A stretch of DNA of 64,000 nucleotides from Eledone cirrhosa (GCA_964016885.1 OZ024745.1:23002001-23066000); one strand, 5' to 3'. Counted from the first letter of the stretch, positions 1 through 14,219 are shown. The notes: generated by a model from the letters alone, not told the origin. Made by a program: numbers and translations.

Positions 1-264
1 TCCCACATCAAGACGTAAAATATCCACGTATAGATCGTGCTATCCGTTAGGGTATAACGTGGGGCTGTAATACAGGAAAGTTTTGTGCAATTTATGTTTG
101 AAATATCCAGTTCTGCGTTTACAGATTGACTTTATTAGTTTCAGAAGATCCCGTTAAGGGTGAAAGCAGCGATTCTTTGCTTAAACTTTAATCCGTTATT
201 TTAATAAATATTTGCTCTACGATTCTTATATATTTGATATATATTTTCCTTATCGAGCCCTCTT

Positions 265-645
265 TTTAGCATAGTTACGTCCCTTTACAGTCTGAGTTCA
301 AATCCCGCCGGGGTTAACTTTGCCTTTCATCCTTACGGTGTCGATAAAATGAAGTACCAGTAATGTACTAGGTAATTGCTGGCCTTGTGCCTAAAGTAGA
401 AACAATTATATTATATTATTATATTATTATATTTCATTATCTTATTATAATTTTAGGGCGGTGAATTGGCAGTATTGGTAGAGGGTCAGACATGCTTTCC
501 AGCGTAGTTACGTCCCTTTACGATCTGAGTTCAAATCCCGCCGAGGTTAACTTTGCCTTTCATCCTTACAGGGTCGATAAAATAAAGTACCAGTAATACA
601 CTGGGTTTTTGCTGGCCTTGTGCCAAAAGTAGAAACAATTATCTT
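265..645 (+). mobile_element. Two tandem copies of the dominant tRNA-derived SINE (265-410 partial; 456-645)
   Basis: A-box-like TGGCAGTATTGG, B-box GAGTTCAAATCC, central GCCTTTCATCCTTAC..GGTCGATAAAATAAAGTACCAG (resembles the Meta-type SINE central domain), (ATT)n tail; about 20 homologous copies across the window. Confidence 0.85.
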
Positions 646-1189
646 ATTATAATTTTCATCTTTAATATACTATCTTTCCTAGTCATTACCATGATTTATA
701 TTCACCTAAAAACTCCATACAGCACAACTCAACATTTAATTTTTACATTCCTTTTAAACTTCACTATACCATATACATTCAACTATCAATTAACAATCCC
801 TTTTTTCCTCATAGGTTCTTTATAGCAATTCTATTTTTAACACCATTCAACCATTCCTTTCAAAGGGTCATGACCTCAACTAAAGTGAGTTATTTTTCAT
901 CTTAACATCATATGGGAAAAAAACAATTTGATTGGTTTGTTCTTCAGCTACCTCCAAATAAGGTCATAGAACTCAATTTACTACTGATTTTGAATAAAAT
1001 TCTCATTGCTTTTGACAACAGCTGATGATATACACGTAGGTAAATATATTCTTTATCTGATATTTTGTAACTAACCTTACATAGATCGATAACGAAATAT
1101 GAGTACGATGTATTATTATCACCTAGAAACGATCGTAAAGCACTGAAGTATATTTCTAATGACTTGAATTTTGATTTCATTGTTTTAAC

Positions 1190-1780
1190 TTATATATATA
1201 TATATATATGTGTGTGTGTGAGTGTGTATAAATATATCTACGTGTGCATTTATTTTGTGAGTGTGTGTGTTTGTTGTTTTTCTTTGTTTTGTTTAAGTTT
1301 TAGTTAGTGTGTGTCTGTCCATGTGTGTATATTTCTATATATTTGTTTTATGTGTATGTCTTTTTAAGCATCTGTATGCATTTAAACAAGAGTGAGTGTG
1401 TATGTGTGTAAGTATGTGTTTGTGTACGTATGTCATTGGTGAGTTTTCTCTTTTTGTTTTCTTAGTTAATGCATGTGTCGTCGTCTGTGTGTGTATGTGC
1501 GCTTGTTTGTGTGTTGTGTGTGTATGTGTGTCAAAGTATATTATGTGTATGTTTGTATATATATATATATATATTCACACACACACGAATAATATATATA
1601 TATATACATATATATATATACATATATATATATACATATATATATATACATATATATATATATAAATATATATATATATACATGTATATATATATACATA
1701 TATATATATATACATATATATATATACATATATATATATAGATACATATATATATATATACAAACATAAGTATATATATG

Positions 1781-1836
<56 letters not shown>

Positions 1837-1926
1837 CATGTGTGTATATATATATACACACACACATGCACACACATATATCTATATATATATATATATA
1901 CATACATACATACATACATACATACA

Positions 1927-1992
<66 letters not shown>

Positions 1993-2000
1993 AACAAGCA

Positions 2001-2048
<48 letters not shown>

Positions 2049-2056
2049 AACAAACA

Positions 2057-2114
<58 letters not shown>

Positions 2115-2118
2115 AACA

Positions 2119-2151
<33 letters not shown>

Positions 2152-3130
2152 GGCATGCAGATAATGCCATTCTCTTCTGTAAGCGATGATACAAAGATGT
2201 ATGGAATTCTTATGACTTGCGCAGATTTTTACCCAAGCGAAGATTTTTGTATTAAAAAAAAAGAAATATATGTTTATACATGTTCATGTGAGCGTGTGGG
2301 AATCGGCATGTATGTGTGTATGTGTGTGTGTGTGTGCACGTTTGTATGTATGCGTGTGTTTGTTCTTACCATGTGTATGTTCGTTTGTACGTGTGTGTGT
2401 TTATGCTTAGCATATGTATGTGTATATATGTACGTTTGCATGTATATCTGTGTATGCTTAGCACGTCTATGTGTGAATTTAGGTTTGTATATGTGTGTGT
2501 GTATGTATATACTTAACATGAGTATATGTGTGTGTGTGTGTGTGTATGTACGTTTGTTTGTTTGTGTATGTGTCTATGCTTACCATGTGAGTGTGTATTT
2601 ATAGATGTTCCTGTGAGCATATGCCAATTTGCATGTGTGTATATGCCTAGAATATGTGTATGTGTGTATATATTTGTCATGAGTAAGTCTGTATATGTAT
2701 GTAAGGTTAATTGTATATGTGTACAAAAGAGTCTGTATACCTGCGTGTGTGTGAATGAGTGTATATATATATATGAGTGTGTGTGCGTGTATGTGTGTAT
2801 ATGTGTGTGTGTATGCCTGCGTGTGTGTGAATGAGTGTATATATATATATATGTTTGTGTGTGTGTGCATGTGTGTATATATGTGTGTGTGTGTACCTGT
2901 GTGTGTATCTGTGTGTGTATGCCTGCGTATATATATATATGTGTATATATATATATGTGTGTGTATGTGTGTATAAGTGTGTGTGTATCTGTGTGTGCAT
3001 GCCTGCGTGTGTGTGAATGAGTGTATATATATATGTGTGTGTGTATGTGTGTATATATGTGTGTGTATGTACATGTGTGTGTATCTGTGTGTGTGTGTGT
3101 GTGTGTACATGTGTGTGTATGTATGTGTGC
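1190..3130. repeat. Compound (TA)n/(TG)n/(TACA)n/(CT)n microsatellite region
   Basis: Direct reading; ORFs here are YI/VC dipeptide artefacts. Confidence 0.95.
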
Positions 3131-3216
3131 CGTGGCGTGTTGTGTGGTATTTTGTTGGGTTTTACTATTCTATTATATTATGGCGAATTGTGTTTGCGTG
3201 AGTAATATTGACGTAT

Positions 3217-3936
3217 GCAACAACAACAACAGCAACAACAACAACAGCTACAACAACAACAGCTACAACAACAACAACAACAACAGCTACAACAACAACT
3301 ACAACAACAACAGCTACAACAACAACAGCTACAACAACAACAACTACAACAACAACAACAGCTACAACAACAACAGCAACAACAACAACAGCTACAACAA
3401 CAACAACTACAACAACAACAGCAACAACAACAACAACAGCTACAACAACAACAGCTACAACAACAACAACTACAACAACAACAGCAACAACAACAACAAC
3501 AGCTACAACAACAACAGCTACAACAACAACAGCAACAACAGCTACAACAACAACTACAACAACAACAGCAACAACAACAACAACTACAACAACAACAATG
3601 ACAGTGGTGGTAGTGAGGGTGACGGTAACAACAGCAACAACAACTACAACAACAACAGCAACTACAACAACAGCAACAACAACAACAGCTACAACAACAA
3701 CAGCTACAACAACAACAACAACAGCTACAACAACAACTACAACAACAACAGCAACAACAACAACAGCTACAACAACAACAACAGCTACAACAACAACTAC
3801 AACAACAACAGCAACAACAACAACAGCTACAACAACAACAACAGCTACAACAACAACAACTACAACAACAACAGCAACAACAACAACAACTACTACAACA
3901 ACAGCAACAACAACAACAGCTACAACAACAACAGTT

Positions 3937-3969
<33 letters not shown>

Positions 3970-4188
3970 GCAACAACAACAACAGCTACAACAACAACAG
4001 CTACAACAACAACAACAACAACAGCTACAACAACAACAACAACAACAACAATGACAACAACAACTACAACAACAACAGCTACAGCAACAACAACTACAAC
4101 AACAACAGCAACAACAACAACAACTACAACAACAACAACAATGACAGTGGTGGTAGTGAGGGTGACGGTAACAACAGCAACAACAACA
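3217..4188. repeat. Cryptic (AAC)n array with AGC/TAC interruptions and a duplicated non-repeat insert (~3597 and ~4140)
   Basis: AATGACAGTGGTGGTAGTGAGGGTGACGGTAACAACAGC occurs twice inside the array. Confidence 0.95.
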
Positions 4189-4199
4189 TTACTCAAGTT

Positions 4200-4325
4200 T
4201 TGTTGCGTGGTTACGAGCTAGGTTTCACAATTATGTGATTCTCGTTCAACTCCAATCCACGTCACTTTTGGTGAATCTCGTACACCATCGCAGCCTCGGA
4301 TTGGTCAAATCTTTGAGAATGAGAA
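4200..4325 (+). mobile_element. Decayed copy of a second tRNA-derived SINE family
   Basis: GTGGTTACGAGCT..GTTCAACTCC tRNA-like head followed by GCAGCCTCGG..CAAATCTTTGAG; heavily diverged, recognised by pattern only. Confidence 0.35.
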
Positions 4326-4499
4326 ACTGTCCACAATCTATTAATACCACATATGTGGCAGCTGAGCCTTCTACCCTCTACTCTCACGTATGCTGACAGT
4401 GCGGAACCCGTTAGAGGGATGGGTCACCAATGTTATAACTGATAATTTGATGTAGAATGCTTCTTGTTTATTTCGCTGTTAGTATTGCTGCTGTTGCTT

Positions 4500-4560
<61 letters not shown>

Positions 4561-5274
4561 GGTGATGGTAGTAGTAGTAGTAGTAGTAGTAGTAGTAATT
4601 GTTGTTGTTGTTGTTGTTGTTGTTACTGTTGCTGTTCCTGCCGCTTTGGTTGTTGAGTTGGCAGCAATTTTGTGGGTCTTCCCCCGTTTTTACTTTCTAC
4701 TAACACAAACACTTGGGTGTTGTTTAGTAGGTCGATCAGATCTAGGAACTTGTCAACCTAGGAATTTTTCAGCCGACTCTCGTATATACACAGGTACACA
4801 TTTGTTCATATATCTTAATCTGCGAGCAAACCACACGTGATCTGGGTCAGCCAATGAGATACTTCTGGTTCGATGCCATCTTGAATTTCACAAGAATGTT
4901 TTTGTTTCCGTCATATCTTGCCATCACATCTTGCCGCCAAGGAGTCAGAAATATTTATTCTGCCAAATTCGTCGCATTCTTACCATTTTTACAGAAATAA
5001 TTTCCAAAATTTTTTGTGGAATTCTATGATTTATCTTTGAAAAAGAAGAATCAAGTGAAAGAGTTCCTTCCGTTCTTTGGAATTAAAGTTTCTTATCTTC
5101 TTCTTTCAGCAACTTCTGGAGTAAAGTTCTATTTTAAAGACCAAAGAATTTCAAAAGTTAGATTTGTGCGATTGCATGGTTTTATTTTCCTAATTTTGGT
5201 CATGTGATCCAGTAAAAGAAGGAAATAGAGGGAAAAGGTAAAACGAAATTCGAGAATGAAATAAATGAATAACG

Positions 5275-5336
<62 letters not shown>

Positions 5337-5341
5337 ATCTA

Positions 5342-5379
<38 letters not shown>

Positions 5380-5462
5380 CTCTCCCTCTCTCTCTCTATC
5401 TCTCTATCTCTATCTATCTATCTCCCTCTCTCTCTCTCTATCTATCTATATATCTATCTCTT

Positions 5463-5521
<59 letters not shown>

Positions 5522-5744
5522 TCTCCTCTCTTTCCCTCTCTATCTGTAGTTAGAAGTTATAGTTATCACGGTCTATTGCGATAATCAACCAAACGTGGAA
5601 TGGTGTGAGACACTTCTTACAATGCCCGATGGGGGGGGGGGACATTGGCTAACTCGACCATTGACCTTACAAACACTATTTGTTAATGTCATTCTTGTCC
5701 TCACTCATCGTAGTCGATGTCCACCATAACTAGTAGTACCATGG

Positions 5745-5941
5745 TAGGGTGAAAAAGTTCATAGGCTGACCAAGATACTCTCATGGAATGACCAAATGAG
5801 GTTTATTTTTCCACATAGTCCCTGGAAAGAAACCATGCAGCTATTAATAAGAATAGTTGAAATTAATCCATGCAAGATTTCACAGCTCTAGCATCACTCC
5901 TTCATAGTCAGCATTTGAACTTATCAGGCGACCCTCGTATA
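5745..5941 (+). mobile_element. Tc1/mariner-type MITE (~195 bp)
   Basis: AAGTTCATAGGCTGAC at the left is the inverse of GTCAGCATTTGAACTT at the right; ends ..GACCCTCG|TA; further copies at 15135-15325 (-) and 19075-19268 (+). Confidence 0.7.
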
Positions 5942-6365
5942 TCACTGGTAACACTGAAGTAGTAAAATGGGTATGGGGGAGTATGTTAGACAACATGGCT
6001 GCCCAAACACTGATAAACACAGCAGGACCAAAAATACATATACAACTTTGTCTATTATCAATGGAGGGACAGGATATTTTTCAAACTCACCTGGATCAAA
6101 ATATTTCTGAACTTTTCTCTTGGAGGATACAAATCTGCAAGACCTTATGATTTGATGGGAGAATGGTGATATAAAGAATCACAAAAAAGAATAAAATGTT
6201 TATTCGTTCCAAAAACTAAACAAAACAACAATACTTTAGCATCATGCCGCCGGCCAAAAGTATGTTGTAAAATTCCAATTAGGAAGAGAAAATATGAACA
6301 TATCCATACATACTTACTTATGTACACCCACTGCATACATATATATGTGTGGTGGGGTGCGTTTT
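5757..6365. repeat. ~600 bp segment present as an inverted copy at 14712-15325
   Basis: The same 63-aa translation [15 protein letters not shown] appears on opposite strands at both sites; only scattered substitutions. Confidence 0.9.
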
Positions 6366-6422
6366 ATATATATATATATATGTACATATATATATATAGG
6401 GAGGGGGAATATATATATATAT

Positions 6423-7385
6423 ACGTGGGAAAGTAAGAAATCGGAGAATAGACCGTTAAAACATGTTTATTTAAAACAGCACCTACCTACGTTTCGCCCG
6501 GTTGGGCTTCTCAAGGTCATAAATAATCAAAAGTGTTCCTTACATTGTTCGGAAAGAGTTTTGGGGGTTAAATCTACGTCAAGGTTCATTGCTCGCAAAA
6601 ATAGCTTGTTTTGATTTTGCAGCAGGTCAAGGGAGGTAACTCTTGCCGGTGTTAGGGCAGTCTTTCCCGGACAAATTTTTCGAACACATCTCCACTCTTT
6701 CACCAAAAACTAAGACACTCCACTTCGCTCGCGGACTACATCACATCACTAAAGGACTTAAACATCAGCTTCTCCACGCACTGGGATATTGTCGGAAGGG
6801 CTGCACCGTACAACTTCAAGAGGAAATGCGATCTTTGCCTCATGGAGCTCTACCACATCATAACTGCACCCACAAGCTCATCAACAGCAGAGCTGAAACA
6901 GCGATAAGTTGTACACATCGCTTAAAAATATCCTTCTTCAGATGGGTTAAGGATGAGGAGTGAAACCGTGCACCGGATCTCGCTGCAACAAGTCTTAACA
7001 CCCCGGTGGGCAGGCGCTGCAAAATAACACCCAGGAAACTATCCTTGTGTACCAGACCCAGCCTCAAACGACTCAGACAAACAGATGCAGCAAAAAAAAC
7101 TCTCAAAATAAGCGTTGATTACATTTAAAAATGTGTCCAGGAAAGACTGCCCTAACACCGGCCAGAGTTACCTCCCTTGACCTGCTGCAAAATCAAAACA
7201 AGCTATTTTTGCGAGCAATGAACCTTGACGTGGATTTAAACCCAAAAACTCTTTCCGAGCAATGTAAGGAACACTTTTGATTATTTATACCCTTGAGAAG
7301 CCCAGACCGGGCGAAACGTACGTAGGTGCTGTTTCAAATAAACATGTTTTAACGGTCTATTCTCCGATTTCTTACTTTCTCACGT
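6423..7385 (+). mobile_element. 5'-truncated Penelope-like element with inverted pseudo-LTR
   Basis: 6423-6670 is the inverse of 7140-7385; the interior encodes frameshifted GIY-YIG C-terminal motifs (STSLADYI..WDIV..APYN..CDLCLMELYHII / LINSRAE..CTHR); HHR in both arms; left end abuts (TA)n. Confidence 0.85.
7289..7328 (+). ncRNA. Type I hammerhead ribozyme, U3-A8 core variant (mirror copy 6481-6518, -)
   Basis: cc-TTGAGAA-GCCC agacc GGGC-GAAAC gtac GTA-gg. Confidence 0.65.
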
Positions 7386-7543
7386 GCTTACGCTCTGCTA
7401 ATTCTCTAGCCCACTAAATATTAACACTTCGAATATTCAGTACTGCCGGCACTAGTATCGAGCACCTTTGGCATACGCTACTTGGCAAATAACTATATGT
7501 ATCACCTATCCTCCCCTTTTTTCTCTCTCTCGATACGTAAATA

Positions 7544-7596
<53 letters not shown>

Positions 7597-7629
7597 TATG
7601 TACATGTGCGGGCGGGGGCGTATTATATA

Positions 7630-7840
7630 TATATATTTAATTAGAAAGTGAACAACACAAAATATAACTACTCCATTACCAAAGGTTTCTGGATGCCAGA
7701 CAATATTAATATACGTCTGGATCGGTCATCAGACAGAAATCTTATCTTATTTTGCGTTGTTCACTTTCTAAATAAATAGCTATGTTCTATTCATAGAGCA
7801 CTCTTTTTTCCTTTGCTTTTCCTTCGGGATTACCTAACAC
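7630..7840. mobile_element. Short fold-back PLE-tail insertion with HHR (7671-7738, -); family also at 14220-14395
   Basis: Minus strand: ttctgt-CTGATGA-..CCAGAC..GTCTGG..-GAAACC ttt GGTA-atggag; arms TAGAAAGTGAACAAC / GTTGTTCACTTTCTA. Confidence 0.7.
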
Positions 7841-7847
7841 ACACACG

Positions 7848-7900
<53 letters not shown>

Positions 7901-7994
7901 GAGTTAAACAAGATTCAATGAGTACATCAAAGAATGAGTTTTACAGTAGATTGGAAGCACTCTACAGAAAAAATAATTTTCTAGAGTTATTAAT

Positions 7995-9245
7995 ATTAAA
8001 ATAAAAATATTAATAAAATAAATGTTCTTTTGATCAATTAAATTTTATCATACATATTTCAGAGGTACAACAGTACGTCCTCATCAGACAAAATATAATG
8101 ATACATGACATACCCTGAGATGTTAAATGGTTAAGATTTAATCAAGGTAGTGATTAACCCAAGAGAAAATTCAACATTTATACCCTAATAATGAGAAAAT
8201 GCGAAAACGTAATAAATTCAACAGAGGATGTATGAGTAAGAAAAACGTTGCTTATTGTGACAGCTATAGAGATTTTAAAATGTGGGATACTACAAGTTAT
8301 GGTTATCTAGGAAAACGTCTCTTGAATTATAACTGTTTATGGAGGCAACTGATAGAAGATTTAAAGAGAGGGAGAGATAAAGGGGAGTAATATATACAGA
8401 AAACAAAAAAAAATGTTCCCTTAAAGGCTAAACGGTTAAGTTTCAAAGTATTTAATTTATGTTATATTAAGGGTGAAGAATCAAAATCATTACACTAACT
8501 ACTTGACAATTAATTTTTAGATATTTCTACCAATAAGTACTTCGTAAACTTTACATACCGAAAATGTTGACATTCTTATAGGTAATTTTCGTCTAAGATT
8601 ACATTTAGGAAAATATTCAACAGTGTAAATTTTCCTTTCACTGGGCAAGTAAATCCTTTAAATTTTGTCCTCATAAAATTCAGAATTTTAGAAATGTTAA
8701 CACATTTATAGAATTTATAAAATTAATAAATATAAATAACCATCAACTTTTAAAAAAACTTAAAATTTTGATTCTTCACCTTTAAAATAACATAAATTAA
8801 ATATTTTGAAACTTAACCGTTTAGCCTTTAAGGGAAAAAAAAAATGTTCTGCATATATTACTCCCCTTTATCTCTCCCTCTCTTTAAATCTTCTATCAGT
8901 TGCCTCCATAAACAGTTATAATTCAAGAGACGTTTTCCTAGATAACCATAACTTGTAATATCCCACATTTAAAAATCTCTATAGCTGTCACATTAAGCAA
9001 CGTTTTTCTTACTCATACATCCTCTATTTTAGGGTATAAATGTTCTATTTTCTCATTATTAGGGTATAAATGTTGAATTTTCTCTTGGGTTAATCACTAC
9101 CTTGACTAAATCTTAACCATTTAACATCTCAGGGTATGTCATGTATCATTATATTTTGTCTGATGAGAACGTACTGGTGTACCTCTGAAATATGTATAAT
9201 AAAATTTAATTGATCAAAAGAACATCTATTTTATTAATATTTGTA

Positions 9246-9253
<8 letters not shown>
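7995..9253. mobile_element. PLE-type fold-back: ~480 bp inverted arms (7995-8490 / 8765-9253) with a decayed spacer, between (TA)n tracts
   Basis: Arms reverse-complementary; HHR core CTGATGA..GTAC tggt GTAC..GAAAT at 9160-9195 (+) and 8050-8087 (-); spacer has a CPVKGK-like remnant on the minus strand. Confidence 0.8.
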
Positions 9254-9278
<25 letters not shown>

Positions 9279-9279
<1 letters not shown>

Positions 9280-9452
9280 CGTTATTCCGGGTTGAATCGG
9301 AGGTAACCACAGTAAGTAAGGTACTCAATACATAGCAGAGTATAAAAGTTTTAATATATATGAGATTCTACAGGACTAGAACTGTTTCATTCTTTAGAAA
9401 TCATCATGATGATTTCTAAAGAATTAAACAGTTCTAGTCCTGTAGAATCTCA

Positions 9453-9460
<8 letters not shown>
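9279..9460 (-). mobile_element. Short HHR-bearing PLE-tail family, fold-back copy (also 63115-63250 and remnant 27235-27290)
   Basis: Palindrome centred on GAAATCATCATGATGATTTC (~9407); near-identical tail at 63115-63200. Confidence 0.8.
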
Positions 9461-9497
<37 letters not shown>

Positions 9498-10029
9498 ACA
9501 ATAATATACACAACTGAATTCATTCGCCTAATATAGGGGTTGCCTCCCTTGCTGATCCCCACGTGGATTCAGTAAAAGTCTTCCCCTGTATTATTTAACT
9601 AACAGCCTATTGAAAAAGCGTATTCCTTGTTCATCATCTTACCAGAAGCCTGACATTTTTTATGTAGGCGGGCGGTACCTGATTTCGGAGTCGCAGAAAC
9701 CCAAATGCTGGATTTTACCACCTTTCCAGGGGGTCCGGGTAAATTTTTCAATCATCTATATTTTTATTTGTTTGACCCGAATTACTTGATCGTATTTTTT
9801 GGCTGTGCGAATGATTGTTTAAGCATCGTCTCAGTGTGTTTGGTATTAAACGTTAGTTATAGCTCTGGTTCAACCGAACCATTGAGCACTTTGCCGCAAA
9901 TTTCGGAGATTGTTTTTCGTTATTTCGTGGGCCGAAGTTTCGATTCTCGATAATTTTATTTGTATATATATTTATATATATATATATAAAGGAGAGAAGT
10001 GGGAAGAAAGAAAGAAAGTGAGAAAGAAA

Positions 10030-10054
10030 GAAGAGAGAGAGAGAGAGAGAGAGT

Positions 10055-10141
<87 letters not shown>
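10030..10141. repeat. (GA)n microsatellite
   Basis: Direct reading. Confidence 0.95.
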
Positions 10142-10145
<4 letters not shown>

Positions 10146-10389
10146 TAGATCTGTGAAGGAAGAAAGCAGAAAGTATAATAGTATAATGTTTAAAATGTGA
10201 GAAACGGGGAATCTAAGGATCTAAGGAAATGTGGGACCAGCGCTCGTATGTGAGACAAACGAACGTGCTAACAGGTTGGAAGAAAAGTTGTAATGTTGAA
10301 GGCTGTTATGTGGTACTTTTGTCACGAATGTTAATTAGTAATTGGAACAAATAGCTAAATAGAGACACAAATAAACGTGACGACATTAC

Positions 10390-11650
10390 TGGTGGTGGTG
10401 GGGGGTAGTTTTTGGTGGCGGTGGTGGTGGTGGTGAGTGTGGTGAGGGTGCTGAGGGTGGTGAGGGTGTTGGTGGTGGTTTTGGTGGTGGTGGTGGGAAT
10501 GTTGTTGTTGTTGTTAGTGGTGGTGGTGAGGGTTGTGTGGGTGTTGGTGGTTGTTGATGATGGTGTTGATGTTTGATGGTAATGTTGGTGGTAGTGGTGG
10601 TGGTTAGTGGTTGGGTGGTTGTGGTTGATGAAGGTGTTGGTGGTTGATGGTAATGATGGTGGTAATGGTGGTGGTTGATGGTTAGCGGTTGGTGGTTGGT
10701 GGTGGCAGTGATGATGGTGGTGCTGATGTTGGTGCTTGTGGCGGTGGTTGGTGATGGTGGTGTTGGTGCTTGTGGTGGTGGTGGTGGTGTTGGTGGTGGT
10801 GGTGTTGGTGTTGGTGTTGGTGCTTGTGGTGGTGGTTGGTGATGGTGGTGTTGGTGTTGGTGGTTGGTGGTGGCAGTGATGATGGTGGTGTTGGTGTTGA
10901 TGCTTGTGGTGGTGGTGGTGGTGGTGGTGTTGGTGCTGATGTTGGTGCTTGTGGTGGTAGTGGTGATGGTGGTGTTGGTGTTGGTGGTTGGTGGTGGCAG
11001 TGATGATGGTGGTGTTGGTGTTGGTGCTTGTGCTGGTAGTGATGATGGTGGTGTTGGTGTTGGTGCTTGTGGTGGTGGTGGTGGTGGTGGTGTTGGTGCT
11101 GATGTTGGTGCTTGTGGTGGCTGGTGATGGTCGTGTTTGTGTTAGTGCTTGTGGTGGTGGTGGTGGTGTTGGTGTTGGTGATTGTGGTGGTGGTTGGTGA
11201 TGGTCGTGTTTGTGTTAGTGCTTGTGGTGGTGGTGTTGGTGTTGGTGCTTGTGGTGGTAGTGGTGATGGTGGTGTCGGTGTTTGTGGTTGGTGGTGGCAG
11301 TGATGATGGTGGTGTTGGTGTTGGTGTTGGTGCTTGTGCTGGTAGTGATGATGGTGGTGTTGGTGTTGGTGCTTGTGGTGGTGGTGGTGGTGGTGGTGGT
11401 GGTGGTGGTGCTGATGTTGGTGCTTGTGGTGGTTGGTGATGGTCGTGTTTGTGTTACTGCTTGTGGTGGTGGTGTTGGTGTTGGTGCTTGTGGTGGTAGT
11501 GGTGATGGTGGTGTTGGTGTTAGTGCTTGTGGTGGTGGTTGGTGATGGTGGTGTGTGCGTTGGTGCTTGTGGTGGTTGTTGGTGATGGTGGTGCTTGTGT
11601 TGGTGTTGTGGTTTTGCTGGTGGTGGTGGTGGTAGTAGTGGTGGTTGTTG
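10390..11650. repeat. Cryptic (GGT)n low-complexity array with internal longer-period duplications
   Basis: Recurring GGTGCTTGTGG and GGCAGTGATGATGG units. Confidence 0.9.
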
Positions 11651-11790
11651 GTATTAGTCGACGTTTGCAGAGTGTACAGATAGGATTGGTGTGTTGATAT
11701 TGACTATGAGGGAAATAGTAGTGAAATAATGTGTAGTTAGTTAGAGTGCGGGGTGAGGGTTAAGGAAGAGAACGTAAAATATATATATAC

Positions 11791-11846
<56 letters not shown>

Positions 11847-12010
11847 GGATATCCAGAGAGTGTAACTTGGATTTACTGTAGGTTGACCCGGGTTAGCACT
11901 CGAAGTTTAGGTTCACTTCAGTGTCGAGGTGTAGAGCTAGACAGATTGTATTATAGTAAAATAAAATGAAACAAGGACGATTGGTTACTCCTTCATTACG
12001 TTTATTGGTT

Positions 12011-12096
12011 GGTGGCGCGCGTTTCGCCACTGATCAGCTCACGGTTCGATCTTTATCGATCAAGCCCGACTCTGTAACCCGCGGCTCGTCAGACCT
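12011..12096 (-). ncRNA. Type I HHR motif with ~60-nt stem II domain; cleavage triplet reads GCC, so probably inactive
   Basis: Minus strand: ggt-CTGACGA-GCC...GGC-GAAAC gcgc GCC-acc, then AATAAA and a tail ending at (TA)n ~11845. Confidence 0.65.
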
Positions 12097-13059
12097 GTTA
12101 TAATGGTAATGGAAAATGATATACATATATATATTAGTTTTTTTCTCTTTTCCTATGAAGACTTTTCTTTTCAATTTTCCAGCGACCTTCTTTCTATTTT
12201 ACTCTATAATCCTTTTCTGCATCCATATATTCACAATTGACCTTTCTAGCTCCACCTTAAAGTTTCTCTCACTACTTTTCCTAAGATACGTCTCTAAGAG
12301 CATACTTTACTAAGTGTGCTGTGTCTGTTTACATTGAATAACTATCTAGCTCAATTGTTTTTGTTTTTATTTTGTCTTGTTTCTTTTTATTGTTGATTTT
12401 TTAAATATATAGTCTACTAGCAATACAACACTATGGATATAACCTATAAAGCATTATTCAGAAATTGATAATGATAGTGATGATGATGATGATGATGGGA
12501 ATGCTGTTGTTATTGACATCATAAATAATAGTTCCATGTTTCGCATCAGCTCCATCCAGCTCCAGATCTCTCAGCCATTGTTTACATTTAATTTCGTCCA
12601 TTTTATCCCCTAATCTTTATTCTGAGACGAAGCACATGTCTACCGTTTTCCACACAAATCAAGCATTTTTTTTCTCCCAATAGTTTTTCTTATATGATTC
12701 CCTACTATAGGAAGACTACCTCACTAGCTTATTATCTTCACGTTATTCTGTTCCGATCAGCCATCTTTATATTATAGCCAACATTATATTACATCCGTCT
12801 ATGTTCCCAAGGCGCCAGTATTTTAAGGTCCGTGGCTGCACTACAGTACAATTATTTGTCAATTCTTTATTATAATTTTGTTTTACGTCCTTGATTTCAA
12901 GGTGGATATACCTGGAATGTTGTTGTTGTTGTTGTTGCTGTTGTTGTTTGAATGTAAAACAGCTACCAGAGATTTCGATTTTATTGTTACATAATTTCAA
13001 TAATTTCTTGCATGTAGAGAGTCATGTTTCTTCATATAGTACCTGGTGTTCTTGTTGTT

Positions 13060-13507
13060 AATGGTGATGGTGGTAGTGATGGTGGTGTTGAGGGTGGTGG
13101 TGGTACTGATGGCGGTGTTGGGGGTGTTGGTGGTGTTGGCGGTGATGGTGGTGTTGGGGTGGGGGGGGGGGGTAATGATGGTGGTGTTGGGGGTGATGGT
13201 GGTGTTGGTAGTGATGGTGGTTTTGAGGGTGGTGGTGGTAGTGATGGCGGTGTTGGGGGTGTTGGCGGTGATGGTGGTGGTGGGGGTGTTGGTGGTGATG
13301 GTGGTAGTGATGGTGGTGTTGGGGGTGATGGTGGTGTTGGTAGTGATGGTGGTGTTGAGGGTGGTGGTGGTAGTGATGGCGGTGTTGGGGGTGTTGGCGG
13401 TGATGGTGCTGGTGGGGGTGTTGGTGGTGGTGGTGGTGATAGTGATGGTGGTGTTGGGAGTGATGGTGGTGTTGGTAGTGATGGTGGTGTTGGGGGTGAT
13501 GGTGGTC
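13060..13507. repeat. (GGT)n-derived array with ~120 bp higher-order period
   Basis: TTGAGGGTGGTGGTGGTA recurs at ~13088, ~13223 and ~13355. Confidence 0.8.
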
Positions 13508-13741
13508 ACATTTTACCGTCTTCAGGGACAAAACATGAGTTGAGGTGTTTAACTCTAAGTATATATATGTACATATATATATATGGGGGTGTGTTTGTAT
13601 GTATCTATGATCTATGTATATTTAATATAATGCTCAGATGGTGGATCCTATAAAGTACCTTATAAAATAAGGTGAAGACATATATATATATATTTATATA
13701 TATATATATAGTGTATATATATATATATATATATATAGTGT

Positions 13742-13793
<52 letters not shown>

Positions 13794-14016
13794 TATATAT
13801 ATATATATATATATAGTGTATCTATATATATATATATAGTGTATATATATATATAGTGTATATATATATATATAGTGTATATATATATATATATATATAG
13901 TGTATCTATATATATATATATATAGTGTATCTATATATATATATATTTATATAGTGTATCTATATATATATTTATATATATATCTATATATATATCTATA
14001 TATATATATATATATA

Positions 14017-14074
<58 letters not shown>

Positions 14075-14219
14075 CATATATGTGTAGTGTATGTGTATGT
14101 GTATTTAGGCTAGTTACCGATGGTGAATAGACTTTCTTTACGTATATCTATATATAAAATAAAAGTAAATAGATCGAAGTCACTGTTGCAGCATATATAT
14201 AACATTTATTGGTATGTTA

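Noticed and set aside
456-560. tRNA gene
   Set aside because: A/B boxes belong to SINE heads; no cloverleaf, and followed by SINE body and tail
3021-4238. 405-aa Asn-rich ORF and overlapping poly-T/Q/V ORFs
   Set aside because: Translation of (TG)n and (AAC)n microsatellites; open in several frames, no domain
13024-13653. Gly-rich structural protein ORF
   Set aside because: (GGT)n-derived array open in several frames; no signal peptide or splice support
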